From Utricularia gibba (Eukaryota; Plantae; Magnoliophyta): DNA of 64,000 nt. The position numbers and the translations under genes are program-made. Positions 22,301 to 35,698 of the stretch are shown piece by piece. The notes below the pieces were generated by a model, which saw only the letters and a program-made list of their open reading frames with translations, did not search any database and was not told the DNA's origin. The stretch's first letter is position 1, and every line of letters starts with the position of its first letter. Location: NCBI GenBank assembly GCA_002189035.1, contig CM007990.1:5332001-5396000 (forward strand), in the 5' to 3' direction.

Positions 22301-25088
22301 AAGTACTGAAAGTGAAGAAACTATGGTGTTTGATTTTTTCAAAACTTTCTGTCAAGTTGGGCATCAATATCTTCTTCTTTGAATTGCCTTGTCGCATTTC
22401 TCATTGTAACTGGTTTTTATTTTTGGTTTTCAGATAATATGGAACTCGTCTACCAGAGCAGAATTGTTAAAATTTGTTGATGAGCAGCGTTCGAACCTTG
22501 ATTTTGAAGGATCTACTAACATGGACTGTTGCTCGTTTGTTTATGAAGCACTATCCAAGGAACTTTATGTAGGCAATGTATACTTGAGGGTGTATAATGA
22601 TCAACCTGATTCAGAAATCAGTGAACCTGAGGAGTTCTGTCTCGCTCTTGTTAATTTTTTATCAGGCCTAATACGGGAGGCTACAACTGTTACTACAGAT
22701 ATTCTTGAAAACAGTACTATAACTGCTGATCCATCAGAACCGAAGCATTCCGATGAGCATGCCTCTGATGAGCCTTCGTGTGCTAATTCTTCAGCATCCG
22801 ACAGTTTGGAAGTGTTCAAAGAGCGAGAATCTGAATTGTTAAAAAATCTTCGATATGGGCTATTATCTCTTCAGGTACTTCATGTTAGTTCTACATCTTT
22901 TGACATATTTTTGGTGATTCTGACATGTTATGTCTTCAATTTCAGCATTTGTTGACCAAGAATCCCAGTTTAGCATCAGTTTTGTCCACGAAGGAGAAAT
23001 TGCTGCCCCTTTTCGAATGCTTTTCACTTGATTTTGCATCAGAAAGCAACATTCGTGAGCTGTGTCTGGTTGTGTTATCTCGTTTGACAACATATGCCCC
23101 ATGCCTTGAGGCAATGGTTGCAGATAGCTCTAGTTTGATTCTTTTACTCCAGATGCTACACTCATCTCCTAGCTGTCGTGAGGGAGCTCTACATGTTCTC
23201 TATGCTCTAGCAAGTACGCCAGAGCTGGCATGGGCAGCAGCAAAGCATGGTGGAGCAGTATTCATCATTGAAGTCCTCTTGCCTACACAAGGTCAGATGG
23301 TGTATTTCAAATAAAAATGCTAAATAATCTTCACCGTGTTTCTGAAATAGATAATTTGTGTAGAAGAGATACCCTTGCAGCAAAGAGCGGCAGCAGCCTC
23401 CCTTTTAGGGAAGCTTCTCGGGCAGACGATGCATGGCCCCAGAGTAGCCATTACCCTAGCCAGATTTTTACCTGATGGCCTTGTATCCATCATAAGGGAT
23501 GGTCCTGGTGAAGCGGTCGTGAGTGCTCTTAGACAAACAACAGAAACTCCTGAACTTGTTTGGACTCCAGCTATGGCTGCCTCTCTATCAGCACAGATTG
23601 CCACTCTGGCTTCGGATCTATATGATGAGCAGATTAAAGGGCGTGTTGTTGACTGGGATGTGCCTGATCAGGCTTCAAATCAACAGGATATGAGAGATGA
23701 GCCTCAGGTATAAATATAAGTGTGTAGAAGATTCTATTCATCGTATTGCATGATTGAGTCTTTTTAAACACCCTAGTGACTTCATAATCCTGCGTAGGTT
23801 GGGGGAATTTATGTCAGGCTATTCCTCAAAGATCCCAAATTCCCACTCCGAAATCCGAAAAGGTTTCTTGAAGGGCTCCTGGATCAGTATCTTACTTCAA
23901 TTGCAGCAACCCATTATGAAGGCAGTTCTGTTGACACTGAACTTCCCCTGCTTCTTTCTGCTGCCTTGGTCTCCTTGCTGAGGGTGCATCCTTCTCTTGC
24001 GGATCATGTTGGCTATCTGGGTTATGTGCCTAAACTTGTATCTGCAGTAGCTTATGAAGCAAGCAGAGAAAGTATGGCTTCAGAAACCTGTGAACCAGAT
24101 GACAATCCTCCTGAAAAAAAATCACAAACTTCACAGGAGCGAGTTCGCCTTAGTTGCCTGCGAGTTCTTCATCAACTCGCAAGTAGCACCATCTGCGCAG
24201 AAGCCATGGCAGCAACTAGTGTTGGCATGCCTCAGGTACTGTCAGCTTTTTTTATTTTCTCTTCGTGTGCATTATTTTTGCAAATCGGTTTCACATTTTC
24301 CGCTGCTTGCTCCAGGTTGTTCCCATTCTAATGAAGGCTATTGGCTGGCAAGGTGGAAGCATCCTTGCCCTTGAAACCTTAAAGCGTGTTGTAGTTGCAG
24401 GAAATCGAGCAAGGGATGCACTAGTGGCTCAGGGTCTCAAGTAAGTTTCTCACTCAAGTTTTTTTCTAGGACACTGAGTTCTGGCTGCTGCAACTGTGAT
24501 GCCTGGAATTGAAATTCTCTTCAGGGAGAATAGATTCTAGTAATATTTTCTACACATGCTTGTGTAGGGTTGGCCTTGTGCAAGTTCTTCTTGGTCTTCT
24601 TGATTGGCGATCTGGGGACGAAACATGAACTGGAATGAATCCGAAGCATCAATTGCGCGTGTTCTTTCCATTGAGGTCAGTAACATGTACAGAAATCCAT
24701 GCGAACTTGTTCTAGACTTGAGAATTTGCCCTTTCTCCGGTAACCCACACACACACACACCAGGTGTTGCGTGCATTCGCCACAGAAGGAGCCTACTGCA
24801 CCAAAGTGCTCGACATACTGAACGCCTCTGATGTAAGTCCCTGATTCCTTGCCTCGTAGCGCACCACCGATTACATTGTTGCACACTCAGCCGACGCATG
24901 AGCACTGAATTATCCCGGGCATCTGTGGTGCGCAGGTATGGAATGCTTACAAGGATCAAAGACACGATCTCTTCCTTCCATCAAATGCTCAGACTTCGGC
25001 CGCCGGGGTCGCGGGTCTGATTGAAAGCTCCTCTTCCATGCTCACTTACACTCTACCGGCGCCGCCGCCTCCAAGAACTCAATCATAG
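13364..25088 (+). CDS. GRV2: DnaJ homolog subfamily C GRV2 / RME-8 / KAM2, 22 exons
   Basis: N-terminal [27 protein letters not shown]; large exon 15791-18025; central J domain with intact HPD ([14 protein letters not shown], exon 19700-20194); last exon 24936-25088 [19 protein letters not shown]. All introns checked are GT-AG. Confidence 0.96.
22229..22270. repeat. Imperfect (ATT)n microsatellite in a GRV2 intron
   Basis: attattattattagtattagttttattattattgttattatt. Confidence 0.7.
24746..24760. repeat. (CA)7 microsatellite directly before a GRV2 3' splice site
   Basis: cacacacacacacac, then c-AG (24762-24763), exon at 24764. Confidence 0.8.
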
Positions 25089-26611
25089 TGGTTGATGTGG
25101 TACGGCATGCGTTGCTTTATATCCATCCCATTTATAGAAGATTGTACAGCTGGCTTTTCAACTGCGTGATCGTTGACCACCAAAATGCCATGTGTTTTTT
25201 TTTTTTCCTTCTTCAATTGGCATAGTAAATAAATGTATCCGTTTTGTGCATATAGTGTCATCTTACCTTGTGCTTTGGTGAAGAGGGATGGTGTCTTTTT
25301 TTTTTTTTTTTTGAAATCTGCTTCTAAATCTCTTATTGTTTGGATTTTGTTAGGTCGATTTCGCAATAGTGCGAATGGATTTAAAGTTTAGGGTTTAAGA
25401 TAATATTCCAAATGTAGAGATTACAAGGGATTAAAGGAGTACAATGGTGAGATTAAGTGACCTGATTCTCAAAAAGGGGGCTCTTTTGATGTTTTTGAAA
25501 TCATAGGTTTTAATATTTGGAAATTAGAAGTACTTGAGAAAAATCAACTCCTCAAATTTAATGTTTTTAAAATCATGATTTCAATTTAAAATTGGATTTA
25601 ATTTAATCTAAATTCATGACTAATTGAAAAATATTCAATAGGTTTTATTTAAATATTTTAAAGTGTGTAATTAAAAATTATTAAATGTCAATCAATTTCT
25701 TATGAAAATATTATAAACTAAATCGAATGGATGTACCAAACTGCCCCTCCCATGCACCACATGCGTCATGGCATGCTCATCCGCTCGCCATGCAACGTCC
25801 ATCCCGCGCATTCACACATAATTGGCCTAACCACCTGTCTAATGTCGATTCTACCCCCAGCGAGATAGTCTTGAAAAAACGGGTTCAATTTTTAAAATCC
25901 TCAGTTGTTGTTATTTAGAATATTACTAATTTGACATAATTAAATTAGTAAGGAGTGATTTAAGCCCCAACTTGAGGCGGGCTGAAAGGATTTGAGCCCA
26001 TAATTTGTTGGGCTGAAACTCATCTAAATCATAATAAATAGTGTATTTTATTTTTCGAAAAATACTTTTTGAGAATTGATTTTAATAAAATATAAATTAT
26101 TCTAAAACGATACTAAAATACAAATTTAATAATAAAAACGATCATTTTATGTGCATATATATTATAAGTAAAATTGCGTTTCGTTCGCTATGATACGTTG
26201 TTTTTAAGGTTTTTTAGTTGTGGTTTGAAATTCAAATTGTAATGTAGAGTTGTTACCATTTGAATTTGAATGAAGATATGAAGGTTTCCAAAGGGGGGCA
26301 CAACATATGGGAAGGGCTTTTTCGTGAATCCAAATTGTTGTAAGAAGGAAAGTGGCAAGTGCCAGCTTCAGAGTTGGTGTGCAGATGTTTGTTCATTAAA
26401 ACTCCGGCGAATCTTTAGGTTCAAATCTTGACTGAACTTCGGTAAAAAAGAGACAAAACGTATTAATTTCGTTTGCACGGCCAAAACCCATGAAAAAGTT
26501 TCCGCCTTTGCTTTTGTTCCTTCCACTTCCTCCATATTTTCTGTGTACGCGTCTTGATGCCACCTTCTGGGTCACTTTCTTCTGCTTGTGAAACCCGCCA
26601 TTGTTGATAAA

Positions 26612-28872
26612 ATGGAGCTCTTTTCGACACAGATCTGTGGGTTTGTTGTTGGCTTAGTTTTCTGCGTCTCTTTCGCTTCGACGAGTGAGTTTTTTTTTTT
26701 TTCCCCATTTTTCTCGTCTGTGTGTCTTTTCTGTGATGGGCATATTTTGTAATCTTTATGCGTTTTTCTGGCTTCCCCTGTTTTCATTTTGCTGAATTTT
26801 GTGGTGAAACATTGCTCGTTCTTGATGGCGGTGTTAGATATCAACTTTCTTTCATTTGTTTTGAGAAAGCAGAGGACCCATTTTGAAAAGAAAACTTTTT
26901 AGCTTTTGTCTTTGACGCTCTGTTGATGAATCAGAGATGAGTAGATAAAGAAAGCATTTTTAAGTCATTTCGTGACAAGTAAGTGAAATCTCTCTCAGGG
27001 CATTGAATGTTGAATCGTAGAGTTTCATGCAGTCGCTCAAATTATGATAAAACCTCAGATCTCTAGGCATTGAGGAGTACAACTATCACGATGTTCTTCC
27101 ATTTCTTGATATGCTACTCAAACTTCTCTGAGTATAGGATGTTTTATTGCATCCTGCGATAGGCCTGTTTATTGAGCTTTCCTTTGACCCATTATCTTAA
27201 GGTTCATGCAACCATTAATGAATTATGATCAGACTCGAAGTCGAAATGGAACTTTATGCATGGAACAGGGCAAGCCTAGTGTTTCAGGATTGCTGATGTT
27301 TGCATGTGGATTCTCTTTGTGCAGATGCTTACGATCCTCTGGATCCTAATGGGAATATAACAGTCAAATGGGATGTCATGACTTGGACTCAGGATGGATA
27401 TATTGTAAGCTCACTCTACTGTGGATGCACCAGTTGAAACTCTCAACTACATCTGAGCTCTCACCATTAAACTGTGCAGGCAGTTGTTACAATCTTCAAC
27501 TTTCAGAAGTATCGACATATCGAGGCACCGGGTTGGAAACTGGGTTGGGAATGGAGAAAAAACGAAGTGATATGGGGTGCAATGGGAGGGCAAGCCACTG
27601 AGCAAGGTGACTGTTCAAGGTTCAAACAAGACATTCCCCATTGCTGTAAAAGGAATCCCACAATAGTTGATTTGATGGCTGAAGTTCCTTACAACCAGCA
27701 AATAGCAAACTGCTGCAGAGGTGGAGTTATCAGTTCTTGGGTTCAGGATCCCACGAAAGCAGCCACTTCTTTCCAATTAACTGTTGGCCAGGCTGGTACA
27801 AGCAACTTGACTGTGAACCTGCCTGTGAACTTTACATTTCTGACTCCTGGGCCTGGTTATACCTGCGGACCTGCTCTCCAGGTGCCCTCAAGCAACTTCC
27901 TCAGTGCAGATAAAAGAAGGGTCACACAAGCTTTAAGTAAGTTTGATGCAGCATCCGAAGGTCTGTGTTTAGAATCTCAAGTTTTTTTGCTTACCTGGAG
28001 CTACTTTTTACAGTGACATGGAATGTTACTTGCACGTATTCACAGTTCTTAGCTCAAAAGACACCAACTTGCTGTGTCTCGCTTTCGTCTTTTTACAATA
28101 AGACGATTGTCAGCTGTCCCAAGTGCTCATGTGCTTGCCCCAGTGCAACTGAACCCAACTGTGTGAAGTAAGATTTGAACCAGTTTTTTAGATGAAGTCA
28201 CTCTACTTCTGCTGCTCACAGCTTGCTGATGATGCAGTTCCAGCTCCCCTCATCTATCACTGCCGGGATCGAGCCCGCTAACGCCTCTGTTGCAGTGCAC
28301 GAGCCATATGTGCCCTGTGCGGGTCCACTGGCATGTGAAGCTCAATTACAGAGAGTACTGGCGTGTGAAGATAGCCATCACAAATTTCAACTACCTGAGG
28401 AACTACACACAGTGGAATCTGGTTGTCCAGCATCCCAACTTGGACAACCTCACTCAAATATTCAGCTTCAATCATCAGTCCTTGAACCCCTATGGCTCCA
28501 TAAGTGAGCGCTTCCTCCTGCTACTGAACTGCATATCGTTCCATCCGACTGAGAAACAGCACTGTTCTACATTGTGCAGATGATACAGCAATGCTGTGGG
28601 GAGTCCCATCCTACAATGATCTTCTGATGCAGGCCGGGATCAACGGAAACGTGCAGTCGGAGCTGCTGTTCGGCAAGGACAAAACGGCGTTCACATTCGA
28701 GAAGGGGTGGGCGTTTCCAAGAAGGGTGTACTTCAACGGAGACAACTGCGTGATGCCTCCGCCGGATGCATATCCACATCTCCCGAATCACGGCCATGGC
28801 TCCTCCTCTGTCTATGTACGCAACTTGATGACTGGAGCATTCACTTTTTTGATCTTGTTGGCCTGCCTGTAA
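26612..28872 (+). CDS. COBL: COBRA-like GPI-anchored protein, 6 exons
   Basis: Signal-peptide exon 26612-26684 (MELFSTQICGFVVGLVFCVSFAST), then 27325-27404 (AYDPLDPNGNITVKWD), 27480-27936 (PHCCKRNPTIVDL, CCVS family), 28014-28167, 28238-28503, 28580-28872 (KGWAFPRRVYFNGDNCVMPPPD plus hydrophobic GPI tail). Confidence 0.95.
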
Positions 28873-29577
28873 TACTTCCTGTACAAACTGCTTCATAGAG
28901 AAAAACCTGCTGCATCGAAGCTCCTTCATCGTTATCAGCGTGAAAACACGCAGCCCAGTTCCCAGACAAGCTAACATCTTAATCATTTCGCCTCGAACGC
29001 TCGAATCTTCTCCACATTATGCAATTTTGAGGGAAAAAAAAAGCTTTCTTGCCATTCTATATTCAAATATGCAACTGAATTCTTGGGGATCATCATCATT
29101 GTGGATGAATTTGCAGAATCACTGGGGTTAACACATGGAGCCCATGTTTTTTTAGTATTAAGGTGATGACCAATCAATCATAAAAAACAAAGGAAGCTGA
29201 TGGGCTCTCATTCCTCGTACCTTTCAGACCAATCAGAAGTTGACAGCCATTTCTTGGAAACCACCACCTTTCCCGAAACCGCTTACCGCCACCCAACCCG
29301 GTTTTCGCAGCCCACTTCCTCGTAGTGTACTGAAGGTTTCGAGGTGCGGAACTCAGAGTCTCAAATCATCGTAAGAAAAGTTAGTTTTGCAACAACACAA
29401 CAGCAGTATAAACCAGCACAGTCCCATGTTCGAGCCACGCCGACAAAGCTGTCTTTAGATTGACGGGGTGTAATGGAAAACACACACACAGGACGTACGC
29501 CACTTTCATGGTGTTGGGCATATTATTTTGAAACGTGACAAAATAGGGTTGAGACGAGGGCATTTGTTGGTTGCGGA

Positions 29578-31421
29578 ATGGGGAGAGGGAGAGTGCAGCT
29601 GAAGAGAATCGAGAACAAGATCAACAGGCAGGTGACGTTTACAAAGAGAAGATCTGGGCTTCTCAAGAAAGCTCATGAAATCTCGGTTCTCTGCGACGCT
29701 GAGGTCGGCGTAATCATCTTCTCCTCCAAAGACAAGCTCTCCGAGTACGCTAATCATTCTTGGTACGCCACCCTCCTCCTCAAACTAGATTTCAACCCTT
29801 GAAGCTTTTAGATTCTAAAGATTTTATTGATCAAATCCTATGGAATAGTAACTGGAAAATTTGAGATCTGATAGGTCCAGCTCGTGTACAAAAACTTCAT
29901 GATCCCATAGGTAAGGTCGGTATTGATGAACCTCAAATCCAGGAAACCACTGCATCATTTCAAAAAAAATTTCACATCAAGACGATTACCACTAAAATTG
30001 TTCCTTAGATTTACTTTAAGCTTCTATGTGCAGTTGAATCCCTTTTTCTAACACCTTTTAACTTCTATGTGTTCTATTCACTTCACTACATTCTATCAAG
30101 AACCCTAATTCTACTATGGGGTTTTGCCTTGATTGCTATTTTTCTTTAGTTGTGTTGCTGGAATTTTTATAACAGGTTTTGTGGATCTATGATTACATTT
30201 TTTTGTATGTACAGAATAAGGTACTAGATTCCTTGTTTCTCTCACCCTCTCTCTCTATCTTTTTTTTTTTTTTTTTTGCAGGTTTGTGCTGATTTTTTTT
30301 TTTTTTTCTGTGCTGATCTCTCATGATCACTTCGTGTTGTGTTCATCAGCATGGAGAGGATACTCGAACGATACGAGCGATGTTCGTGTGCTGAGAAGCA
30401 GACCAATGAATCTAAGATGGAGACACAAGTAAGGAGAATCGTACATGAAAGCCTACTTATGAGGTTCTTTTGAGTTCAGAAGATAGTCTATGTGATGTAT
30501 TTATTTGCAGACAAGCTGGAGCATAGAGCTTGCTAAGCTTAAGGCCAGACTGGAAATAATGCAGACGAATGAGAGGTACAGAGCAGCACTTCTATGAACT
30601 TGGAACTTGAGCTTAAAGCTGGATACTTTCTGTGTCTGAGTAGGCATTACAACGGGGAAGAGATTGAGAATCTCAGCATGAGAGAGCTCCTAAGCTTGGA
30701 GCATCGTCTTGATGCTTCGCTGAAACACATTAGGACGCGCAAGGTACCAGCTATGTGTGAAGTATGAGAGACTTTCAATGATCATATCTCAGTTCTATGC
30801 GAAGGCGCTTTCTGTAATGTTTGTTGTCCTTATTCCTTGCAGGATCAAGTCATGAATGAATCCATTTCCATTCTCCATAAGAAGGTAAACCATGGTTCTT
30901 TTTTCTTGTAAGGATCTTGTGACTGAAGCATGAAGGGGATTAGCAAGCAGCAGCAGCGTCTGATTGTTTGAGAACCCGTGTCTGGTGCAGAGCAAGGCAT
31001 TGCAACAGGGAAACAACTTGCTTGCCAAAAAGGTGAGATTAGCAAAACATAGTGCTGTAGTGTACATTTGAGCGCTCTTTGGAGTAAAGACTATTCATTC
31101 CATTGCTGTACCTTCTTTCTTCAGGTCAAAGAAGATGAGGAGCAGGTTCAGTTTACTGCATTGGAACAACAGAACCGCAATACAAGCTCCTCGGATGCCA
31201 GGTGATTTCCCTTCCAGCTGCTAAACAGAGCTTCAGCTGAGGCTAAACTCGAAAATCACAAAAGCATTCAAGGTTGGAATTAGAGTCTCTTTATCGGTTG
31301 ATATGACTGCAGAGAAATCTATACAGTCCCATGGGAGAATGGCAGCAATATGGAGGCTAATATCCAGAATCAGGGAGATTTAGCAATTCCACAGTGGATG
31401 CTGCATCATTTGGATGGATGA
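29578..31421 (+). CDS. FUL: MIKC MADS-box factor, AP1/FUL (SQUA) lineage, FUL-like, 8 exons, 232 aa
   Basis: Exons 29578-29762, 30350-30428, 30511-30575, 30644-30743, 30843-30884, 30991-31032, 31125-31201, 31313-31421 total 699 nt. [21 protein letters not shown]; C-terminal FUL-like motif [11 protein letters not shown]. Exact subclade not resolved. Confidence 0.9.
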
Positions 31422-32031
31422 TCACAGCCCAAGCTGTAATGCAGCATTGCTATGTTATCTTATCTGCAAATGATGGGAGGGTTCAGTTAGTGCATATCAA
31501 GCAAGAACCACGATCTATAGTAGAAGCTTGTTTAGTATCTGTATGACAGAATAAATAGATTTGGGAAACATGTATCCGTTTCGTTTGCTGTATGTATACC
31601 TGTTCTGTCCTGCAAACCACCAGACAGATGAAAAGAATAACGCAGTTTGTCTGAAAAGAGAATGAATGAACTCTAAAACAAACCCCTCTCCTTGTCTTGT
31701 ACCAATGAAGCTGAGGTGCTTAGAGATAGATCTCAGGAGCAATTAATGGCAGATGATACGCAGAATCATATAATTATCAAACTTGAGAAGTCAACATCTG
31801 TCAATGGCTGTCTGGGGCCACAGTGTGTATCAGACAACATCACCACCCTTTCTCCTTGTAGAAATTCCCACAAGAAAACAAATGCCACCCCGAAACAGAT
31901 CACTCATTTAGTACACTCACATAAGAATTGAAGTGTATTCTTATGAGAGATATCATCCCCGGAATCCCATATATATATGATCTCCTTCCAAGCATAAGCA
32001 GTGGTTATAAGTGGAATAGAACTCACACAGT

Positions 32032-32770
32032 ATGTCAATGTTATGCAGGAAGCTTCGAGCAACTCAAGTACAAGGACATGTCCAATCTCGAGTTAGAATC
32101 CGCTCACCTTCTCCGAGTCACAAGAAGGATGTGAATTTCCTCAATAGATCTGAAACTTCAACCGACGAATCATGTTTCAGGAGTTACCTAACGAGGTCAG
32201 AATTGGGGAAAAGAGTCATGGTCGTGGTTGACATGAGTGTTGAAGCGAAAGAAGCTCTTGAATGGGTGTTATCTCGTATGGTTCAAAGCCATGGCACAGT
32301 TGTGCTACTTCATGTTACCAAACCCGGAAAAGGCAACGTGGAAGGTGATCAAGGAGCAAATGAGCTTTTGAGGTCCATGAAAAATATATGCGAAGTAAGA
32401 AGACCAGAGGTGACCTCTAATTTGAGATATTAATCCTTCACATTCCTCCTTATGCGACTTTCTGTTCTGAAAGTTTATCTTTGACTAGGTTCGTGTTGAG
32501 ATGGCACTCCGGGAAGGGAAGGCCAAAGGGGCAACAATTGTGGAGGAAGCAAAGCGGCAGAGAGCATCACTGCTCGTATTGGGGCAGCGAAAGCAATGCA
32601 GTCTGTGGCATCTGCAGATTTGGTACGGCAAGCGCACATGCCACAAGCTTGTGGAGTACTGCATTCAGAATGCTCGATGCATGACAGCTGCAGTGAGGAA
32701 GAAAAACAAGAAATGTGGTGGATACCTGATCACAACGAAACACCATGTGGGATTCTGGCTTCTAGCTTGA
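32032..32770 (+). CDS. Universal stress protein / adenine nucleotide alpha-hydrolase-like, 2 exons
   Basis: Exons 32032-32409 and 32489-32770. RVMVVVD..EAKEALEWVLS, GATIVEEAKRQRASLLVLGQ, YCIQNARCMTAAVRKK..GGYLITTK...FWLLA. Confidence 0.88.
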
Positions 32771-33525
32771 AGACATCATACTCGTGGACCTGTGAGCAAC
32801 AAGCGTATGAACACAGGGATAACCCATTGCCACAACAACCATCATGGATTGCTCCAAGAATACATTTTGGCTATCAAGAATGCGATTTTTCTTACCTTAC
32901 AACAAGCCTGATATGCATCCCGAGCACCATGTCCATGGACAAATTTTGGTTATACTGAGATTCGTTTGAGCTTATGAGAAGCCTCATATGCATCCTAGGC
33001 AGCAAACCAACAGCATTATATGGTGAGACCAAGTGGTGGAGAAAGGGAGTGAAGGCAATTAACCTTTTGCCTCGTTTAAAACGAGTTCCAACGTTCATAA
33101 GACAATCTTCTCATGCAGTTAAGCAGTTTCTATAAGGTTGGGGTAAGGGGGGGAGGGGGATGGGGTGATAAAACCTCGAAGAGTTGTAATGGGAAAACTA
33201 TGCCTGTTCTCAAATCAGTGTGTGACAGTAGTAACACAATAGGATCATGTTCATGATTGAACTCACTCTGCAGAAAAGAATACATAAACCAATAGGCAAG
33301 TCATTCAACTGCAGAGCCACTTGTATGAAGAATAATCAATCAAATGCTAATGAATCTACCAATGAAAAATGCATTCTTATGAGTTGCAAGGACATATTTA
33401 CAATGTTCTTTGTCCTTGAAAGAACTTGAAACCTTGGTAGTTGTGTACAGTTGCGTTGCCCTTCAAACTCGGCAGTCACTGAAAAATTTAAGCAAAGGTG
33501 CGAGATTCCTCGTTTAGGTTCATCA

Positions 33526-34778
33526 TCAAGCTCTCTTAGAGCCAGAACTGTAATTTGATCTGTATACTATTCTGTACAGTTGATCATATCCGGAAAGAAC
33601 TCCAGCTCCAGCCACACCAAGCAGAATATTAGCTGTGACTCCCCTAAAAAGTCCTCTGAGACCTTCAACCTGAGTTATTTCACGGAATGCATGAATAGGG
33701 CTGCTATACTTTATTGGTTGCCCAGAGGTCAGCATCATTCTTCGCCTTACTGTGTCAAATGGATAGGCACAGACACCAGAAACAGTGGTCACTGTCCAAC
33801 CCAAGATAAAACTAGCAAAAAAGTTGTCCTGAAAATTGAAGTAATGATAATAAATCTCTTAAAGATGAGGATAGAGAAGAAGTTGCACTAAATGAAACAG
33901 ATATTTGAGAAGCACTGCCTACTTCCATGATTGTTTCAAACTAAAACAAAGTCACCCAGATTACAGCAAACAAAATGTTCTGATTTCATTTACCAAATGT
34001 GAAGTTACGCATAATATTTCTATGTGCATAGACATCTCAAAAAAATTGTGAAGCCAATCAAATGACTATGTGAAACCAACTCACCTGAAATTTTCCAACC
34101 AAAAGAATGGGTTTGAAGGTATCATACAGACCGAAGTACATTCCTCTGTAGATGGTAAGTCCAACAACTGAAGCCCCAAATCCACGATACAAACCAGGGA
34201 CTCCATCAGTTGCTAAGGTTTTACGATAAACATCAACTAGGCCATGAAATTGGCGCCTTCCATTGATAGGGCACAACAAGCCATCTGTTGCCAGACGAGT
34301 GCGTGCATAATCCAAGTGATACAGCAGAAACGAAGTTGTAGCACCAGCTGCACTTCCAGAGGCAACATTTACTGCAAACCACTTAAAGTATCCATCCTCC
34401 TTACGAGATCCAAAGAGGCGTTTGTAATAACCTTTAAATGCAAAGTTGAAGGCCTGAAGAAGGCACAATTATTTCAACCCAACAAGGCATAGTTTTTTCA
34501 TGGTTAAGAAAAAATCATACCTGAGTGGGAAAATATCTTATAACATTAGCCTGATTGCCCCGCCAGAAGGATAAAATTCCCTCTTTATTAGAAATCTTGT
34601 AAAAGCAATCACCTATTCCCACATAAGGCTTCTGCAGTTGCCCACTTTTCAATAACTCCCCTTGGTTTTGCAACAGAAGTTTCACTCTTTCAATAGGTGC
34701 TGCAGCGGTCTTTGCAACAACTGCAGCGGTACCTGCCAAGAGAAAATCTACTGAGAACTCCTCAGGGCCTTTTCCCAT
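33526..34778 (-). CDS. ER-ANT1: ER-localised ADP/ATP carrier (ER-ANT1-like), 3 coding exons
   Basis: Exons 34778-34521, 34453-34085, 33828-33526. Carrier motifs [12 protein letters not shown] and HLDYARTRL; signature RRRMML rather than the RRRMMM of mitochondrial AACs; no long N-terminal presequence. Confidence 0.92.
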
Positions 34779-35698
34779 GGCATTCAACCTCCCTTTTTTC
34801 TCTTCACTGCTGCATAAAAATTTCAAGACTTGATTTTTCCCATCCCTTCAAATAACATTCCCAAAAGATATAGTGGGCAATAACGACAATGGGAAGACAT
34901 CCACAAAACAATTCCAAATTCACTTTTTTAAACGGCGTGGAATCCATATAGATGTGGGGTTCATGTCAATTACCTTCCCTGACCCGCCCAGGCCAAGCGG
35001 ATAGATCCTCGCTTGTCTAAATATACGTCATTCGACGTCATCAATTCTACAACAAGCCCATCATCTCCGTTCCGCGCATCACAAGATAAAAATCAGTTCT
35101 TGAACACATGAAACGTCAACAAAGCTCCCCTGAAGCTCACCCTTTCCCCCCTTCCCGCGGGTGGATGGCAAGAAGCTGCTGCAATCTCGTAATGAACCCG
35201 ACAAACACCACACTACAAAGGATAACCGCTATCCCTTCTTCGGTTTGGACCACCAAACTGATCTTCTTGGGTTTTGGAAGCACTGCATCGCCATCCTCCT
35301 TACAGGCCCAGGCGGAAGTGAATCCAGCCCACCAGTAACCTTATCTCCAAATCTGTTGTAATACCCAAATTACCCTCAGCCAATCTCATCATCCTTCCTA
35401 AGGAGTAGTACTTACAAGAGGTTTGCTTTTCGAGGAATTACACTACCAAAGTTTGGCTCTTTGGTTTCTTTTCCAAAGTCATTTCTATCGAACTCATTGC
35501 CCTTAATATTTACACGATACCGCGGTTTCGGTTTTACGGATTTTCGAATACATTGGTGTTATTCATGATGGAAAATAAGATAAAAAGATGAGATTATAAA
35601 TCAAGAACCCATTTCCTATGTGACAAAATGGGATAGATAATATGGGGTCGCTCCATTCCCGGGTTTTGTGGCAGACAATGCAATTCCAACGCCATGGT

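Noticed and set aside
29248-29258. CArG-like CCATTTCTTGG in the FUL promoter
   Set aside because: 11 bp with an internal C; does not fit CC(A/T)6GG.
35108-35361. Two overlapping short plus-strand ORFs (76 and 66 aa)
   Set aside because: No recognisable family or signal peptide; more likely ER-ANT1 upstream sequence.
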